This document shows, one piece after another, positions 18,138 through 23,345 of a stretch of 23,345 nt of DNA. Location: assembly GCF_006345805.1 (NCBI RefSeq), contig NW_021836621.1, forward strand, positions 1 to 23,345. The letters are read 5' to 3'. This DNA comes from Octopus sinensis (taxonomy: Eukaryota). Within the stretch, counting starts at the first letter, position 1, and every line of letters begins with the position of its first letter. Below the pieces are notes generated by a model. It saw nothing but the letters and a program-made list of their open reading frames with translations. It ran no database searches and was not told where the DNA came from. The translations under genes were made by a program, and so were the position numbers.

Positions 18138-18572
18138 TTTATGAATATAGAATTATTATCTTTTTCTGTTAAATATATTATTTTCTGTGGATTTTGTTTT
18201 CTTCCTTTCGAATACAATTTATCTCTTCAAAATTCACTAATTTTTAAAGCAAAGCTGAAATAAAATGAAAACTTTATTAGTTTTGTGAAAAGCTTTTGAT
18301 AAAATAATATTTACTCGATTCATTCAAAGAATTTCAAGGAAAACGCATATTTCATTAAATATATTAACCAAATTGTTTATTTGACAGTGAAGTTAAACAT
18401 TTAAACTGTTTTCAATGGAATAATCATTAGAAATAAAACTTGAAAATATAAATACACCATTATCTTTATTGACTGAATATAAGTGATGGTGGAAAGTTTT
18501 GTAGTAAGAAGGATATAAATATTTTGTTGAGGTTATTTCTACAGATATTATCGGTAGAAATTATAACCAGGA

Positions 18573-18713
18573 CTGATTTCCTGCTACAAGATTTCATATC
18601 GAAATGTCAGACGGAAACAAATAATGAGATCAAAGAGAAAAACATCTGTTGTTTGTTCTCATTGTTTGTTTACATCTGACATCTCGATAGGAAACGTTTT
18701 AGCAAAAAATCAG
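18573..18713. repeat. Imperfect 62-bp inverted repeat (MITE-like hairpin)
   Basis: 18573-18634 versus the reverse complement of 18652-18713: about 51/62 matches, 17-nt spacer. Confidence 0.85.
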
Positions 18714-19206
18714 AGCCAACTATAATTTTTATGGAATATCAATAGAATAATGTGAAAAACACTGCTAACAAAGTAGAATGTGGTGTTGACTTCTAAAACG
18801 ATTTAATATATTTTCCAGGAATTTATGGTTGCATAATGATATACGACGTCCCTACAAATCAGGAATATAAGTATTATTAATAATTATATGCACTGGAAAT
18901 CATGTGACAGTCATGGTTGGCTTGGTTTCATCATATTTACCTGGATTCACAGATACCAATAAAGCTGGAGATGAAACTGTTCTTAACCTGACAAATGCTG
19001 TAAACCTCTCGACATTTCAATATAATCCACACAATTATCATACACAACATTGATTAACTCGGAAAGCTTATCCAAAGATGGGCTTTCATATAATCACACT
19101 GATAGACAGTATGTTGAGAGGATCGTTATTATTTGTTGCTGATTGAGATAATGAAGATTGGTTAATGAATAAGCCCAATTAATGAAAAGTAGGTTCATCT
19201 TAATTA

Positions 19207-20867
19207 TCTCTTATTATAAAAGGCAGATTTTATCTGCCTCCCTTTGTATCTTATAGAAATCTACAATATAGGATTTCTTCAATTACAATTTACCTAGCAT
19301 TTTTAAGAGTAGAATGCATCGGGTAATGCCAGGTCCGGTTTTTAAAATTTAAACTCCAATTAAGCAAAATTTACAGAAAACTCACATTCTGGTGTGTATG
19401 TCAAATGCTTTTCTTATGTGGTTTACACCACACGCACACGCACACACACAGTGTGCAACGAATAAAATGAAAGTAAATAGCGACAGAGTGATTTGAGGAA
19501 GACTAAACTGAAAGTATTTAAACCACTACTCAAAAAATAAAAAAAAAACACAGCAAACAGAAACAAATAAATACATAACGATTTACTCCTCACACAATTT
19601 CTTCAATTAGAGTTTACCTAAGATTTTTCAAAGTACTCCATTCGGTCATGCCATAATATATTTCTTTCAATTTCCCCCAATTAAGACAAAATTCGAGAAA
19701 ACTCAATATTTTAACATTTCACTCCGAAAGCATTGATGTACATGTGTGCGTGCGTGAGTGTGTGTGTGTGTGTGTGTGTGTTTGATGGGTTGTGCGACAC
19801 AGAAAGTGTGGTGTGTAAGTGAAGTGCTTTTGTTAGTGTGTGTAAAGAGACAGACAGAGTGAAAGACAGAAATAACTGAACTTTTTTTATTCACTTTTTG
19901 TAGTGAGTGACTGAGAGAGAAAAGAGAGAGAGAGGTTATGTATGTATATATGTATGTATGGCTTCAGTGACACACACACAAAAAAAACACATGCCTACGT
20001 ACACCTAAAGCACGCACACACACACAAGCGGAGCGCGAACTTCAAAATTTGTGGTAGTATTAATTTGCGAGCGTACTTCTAAGCGCGCGTAATTGAAAGT
20101 TTTCACTATGATATCATCACGTGCGAAAAAATTCGAAGGGTTTTGAACAATTGAGATACAGATGTCACGCCTGTATTGAAACCATTGCTAAGCTGCCGTA
20201 ATTGCTTAATTAAGACTTTGTTTAAATTGAAAGGGGCAAATATGTGACGAGGTTGAAAAAAAATACCCCAGAAAAAAAATGTACTGCTGGTATTTATATA
20301 ATTCACTACTATTTTGCTACAATGTCATGAAAAAGAAAAAATTTAGGTATGTAAATCGAATTCGCCACCCCCTTTTCCCCGTTCGCGTTTGTGTAAAAAA
20401 AATTATCATTTAAGTTTTAAAATTATTTACTTTGTTCAAAAAATATTAATATTAATTAATTTTCAAGAATTATTTAATTTTATTCTGTAAAATAGTAATT
20501 AATTCATTTATCTGTAAATCCGCGAGGTTGTTACTCAGGCACCTAGAATGGTAACCTTCAACTAACACTATCTCCTCCGAGACCCTGCGGCGCAAGTTGA
20601 CCAAAATTGAGAGTATGGTAGAAGAAGGGTTGCTCTTCCTTCCGTAGAACATAAAATTCAAATCGGACCATCTTAACACCAAAAATTATTTACATCAAAA
20701 GATGCTTTTTTCTATGAAAATCCCTATTTTTTACGATTTTTTCACTGCTGTGTCGCCACTTTTCGGTGTATTTCGACCAGAAAAATGTTCACACAAATTT
20801 TACTACTTTTCAAAATTACAATTCCAGCGGGTCGAACAAACCCGAGCAACGCCGGCGATACTGCTAG
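19207..20867 (+). mobile_element. Probable non-autonomous Helitron (1661 bp)
   Basis: 5' A|TCTCTTATTATAAAA. 3' GC-rich hairpin CCCGAGCAACGCCGG about 10 nt before CTAG|T. Internal microsatellites, a CpG-rich core and no ORF. Confidence 0.62.
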
Positions 20868-21099
20868 TCTTTAATATAAGGGACAATGTTTGGGTAGCAA
20901 TGAAAAGATGTATTTGTATGAAAAAGGGGTTTGGCAGGTGAAGTGTGCTTTGTTTTGTGTTAGGTGAGGAGTTATAACTTGGTGTAGTTTATTATGAAGT
21001 ATTGGGGGTTTAATGAAGTGGATTAGGAAATATTGGTGGGGGTGTTTAATGACATTCTGGTGACTCATCATCATCAGAATGATCCTCCACACCCTCCTT

Positions 21100-21175
21100 G
21101 GTCTATGAAATAATCTGTTACTCTATTGACCCCAGGAGGAATGAAAAGTAAAAGTGACCTTCTTCAGGATGTCAG
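21100..21175 (-). mobile_element. Degraded SINE-like fragment (family shared with 23068-23175)
   Basis: Reverse complement GTCACTTTTACTTTTCATTCCTCCTGGGGTCAATAG resembles GTCAACTTTGACTTTTATTATGCAGGGGTCAATAA at about 23134-23168. Confidence 0.5.
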
Positions 21176-21320
21176 CTCTTTGAATATTCATGGACTAAAC
21201 AACAACATATTTTTGGGGAAATGCTGGATAAGGCTATATATGATAGAATGAATATGTATAATATATACACAAAAAAATATGCTCATATGTATATTTATAC
21301 ATCCATACATCTGTATGTAT

Positions 21321-21497
21321 GATCATCATTTTACCCCCACTTTCCATGCTGGAATGATTTGGATGGTTCAGACAATATCTTGCCTGAAGTTACATTTTCT
21401 GGTTTTCTTTCTACAGCTGGATGCTCTTCCTGACACCAACCACTGCACAATGGCACTGGGTGCATCTTATGGCACCGTCACTAGAGACGATCACCAT
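21321..21497 (-). mobile_element. Retroposon 3' end with short (GAT)n tail, degraded
   Basis: Similar to 22102-22326 (TTTCCATGCT..GGATGGTTC..TTTCTACAG.TGGATGC.CTTCCT.AC.CCAACCACT). Confidence 0.65.
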
Positions 21498-22101
21498 GTC
21501 CTTGACAAAACTAAAGGTTCCCCTCAATCTCTGGGTTTGACATATACCTTGGATGGGTGAGAGATCTAGGGTAATAAATATATGAAAAGGAGTGGCTGAG
21601 TGTTGGGGAGAGACCCAGTAGGTCCAGTAACATCCCTAGTTTCATTGGAAGAATGGTGAAGAGAAGAGATTTTCTGCCAATCTTTGTCACAGCAGTAAGA
21701 TAGTAGAGTAAAAAGAAGAAGAGAGAGTGATTGAGAGATGAAAGATAGAGGTAGGGGTGATAGGGGCGTGGCAGTAGAGACACAGGTGACAGTGACATGG
21801 GAGATATGAAGGATGTGTGATGTTGGAAGTGAATGATAAGTTATGTGTATTAGAGGGGTGAGTGATAGGGGTGTGGTAAATATGAGAGGGTAGCGAAAGG
21901 GCTGAAGGTGTTGACTATATATATACAGGTGCAAATGGGAAAAATAGAACTTGACATATAAGTATATGTGTATTGTATTTTTTATTATTATTGAGCAGAA
22001 CGAACAGAGTGACTCAAGATCTGAGAGTTTCATGTGTTGACACTCATCAATCTGGTTCTTTGGAGGTCTGGGAATATACCTCCCAAAAACTAGTGTGATA
22101 A

Positions 22102-22326
22102 ATCATCATCATCATCATCATCACCGTTTAATGTCCGTTTTCCATGCTAGCATGGGTTGGATGGTTCGACTGGGGTCTCGGAAGCCAGGAGGCTGCGCCA
22201 GGCTCCAGTCTGATCTGGCAGTGTTTCTACAGGTGGATGCCCTTCCTAACGCCAACCACTCCATGTGTGTAGTGTGTGCTTTTTACGTGCCAGGGGAGGC
22301 TGGCAGCAGCCACGATCGGTTGGACC
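22102..22326 (-). mobile_element. Retroposon (LINE/SINE) 3' end with (GAT)n tail
   Basis: An (ATC)n run at 22102-22122 is followed by a conserved body shared with 21321-21497. Confidence 0.72.
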
Positions 22327-22340
22327 TTTTTACTTTGTTA

Positions 22341-22396
<56 letters not shown>

Positions 22397-23067
22397 TTAT
22401 GTATACATACACATACACATACATAAACGCACATGTGCAATTATATGAATATACCTTCATATACCCATGTATAAATATTTGTGTATGTACATATGTATGT
22501 TTATAGAAATGAATTAATAAATGACAAAAGAACAAGAGTTACGTAGACACCTTCATTAGCTTCTAGCTGTTTCTGCTACAGGAAGCAGTGAACTCGAGCT
22601 GAGTGTGTGTGCGTGTAGGTGTCTGCACAATTGTTTATGTTTGCAATCTGTTTTAAATTGCTCCAAGCAGAAACATCTGTCAACCAATCACCCCCACCTT
22701 GGAAGACATGGGAAATAAGAACTTTTGTTCTTGCAAAATGGTTTTGGGTGAGCAATAGGAAGGCTGTTTGTCCGTTAAAGAATGCTACAATAATATATTC
22801 ATCAAACCCATGCTAGCATACAAAATCAGATGTACAATCAAACATAAGTAAACCCATGTTTATACATTCATATACTCTTACGAAGACATAAACACGCACA
22901 CACACACACGTGGTGTGTGTGTGTGTGTGTGTATTTGGTGTTAAGAAGATTATATTTAAGCAATCTTGTTTGCTTCAAGATATAAAATAGAAATGAAATC
23001 ACCAGAACAATTCCATTTATATACAAAGTTTAATATTGAAATAAAAAAATCAGTTTAAAACATTTCA

Positions 23068-23175
23068 ATTAGTAGAGTCGCTAGAATGGTATTAGTACTG
23101 ACACTTTGTGTTCTGGGTTCAAATTCTGGCATGGTCAACTTTGACTTTTATTATGCAGGGGTCAATAACTTAAAT
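23068..23175 (+). mobile_element. tRNA-derived-type SINE fragment
   Basis: B-box-like GGGTTCAAATTC followed by GTCAACTTTGACTTT...GGGGTCAATAA. Confidence 0.55.
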
Positions 23176-23345
23176 ACTAGTTTGAGGTGGTAGAATTAAA
23201 TACTGGACACGATGCCTTCCAGTAGGTAATGTGGTTCTTTATGAACTGAGTTCAAATCCCATTGTGGCCACCCTATGTTGCAGACTAAATCTATCACCTA
23301 ATTTCACACCAAAAGCTGGCCCCTGAGCTGCTTTTAGAAGAGGAT

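Noticed and set aside
21500-22080. Degraded LINE ORF2 tail (TKIGRKSLLF-like peptide on the minus strand)
   Set aside because: No RT motifs, and the purine-rich low complexity could explain the resemblance.

Overview
AT-rich, microsatellite-dense animal genomic DNA. The SINE-like repeats resemble those of octopod cephalopods (Octopus; inferred, not proven). The window holds two tandem minus-strand copies of a very large, apparently intronless gene with several NHL-like beta-propellers behind a short helical N-terminal domain. Copy A (4663->92) has one in-frame TGA (CGA in copy B) and is cut near its 3' end by a Penelope-like element (PLE) fragment. That fragment supplies a perfect 37-bp hairpin and a minimal type-I hammerhead ribozyme about 20 nt past the new stop codon. 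Copy B (18137->12740, about 1800 codons once reconstructed) has ten single-base-type frameshifts but no nonsense codon in the reconstructed frame. The copies are a mosaic: about 91% aa identity over most of the protein, only about 60-70% over the first propeller. The rest is repeats: a PLE GIY-YIG remnant with a second hammerhead-like motif, an internally deleted IR/DR Tc1 element, a probable non-autonomous Helitron, bipartite SINEs and microsatellites. All alignments and counts were done by eye.
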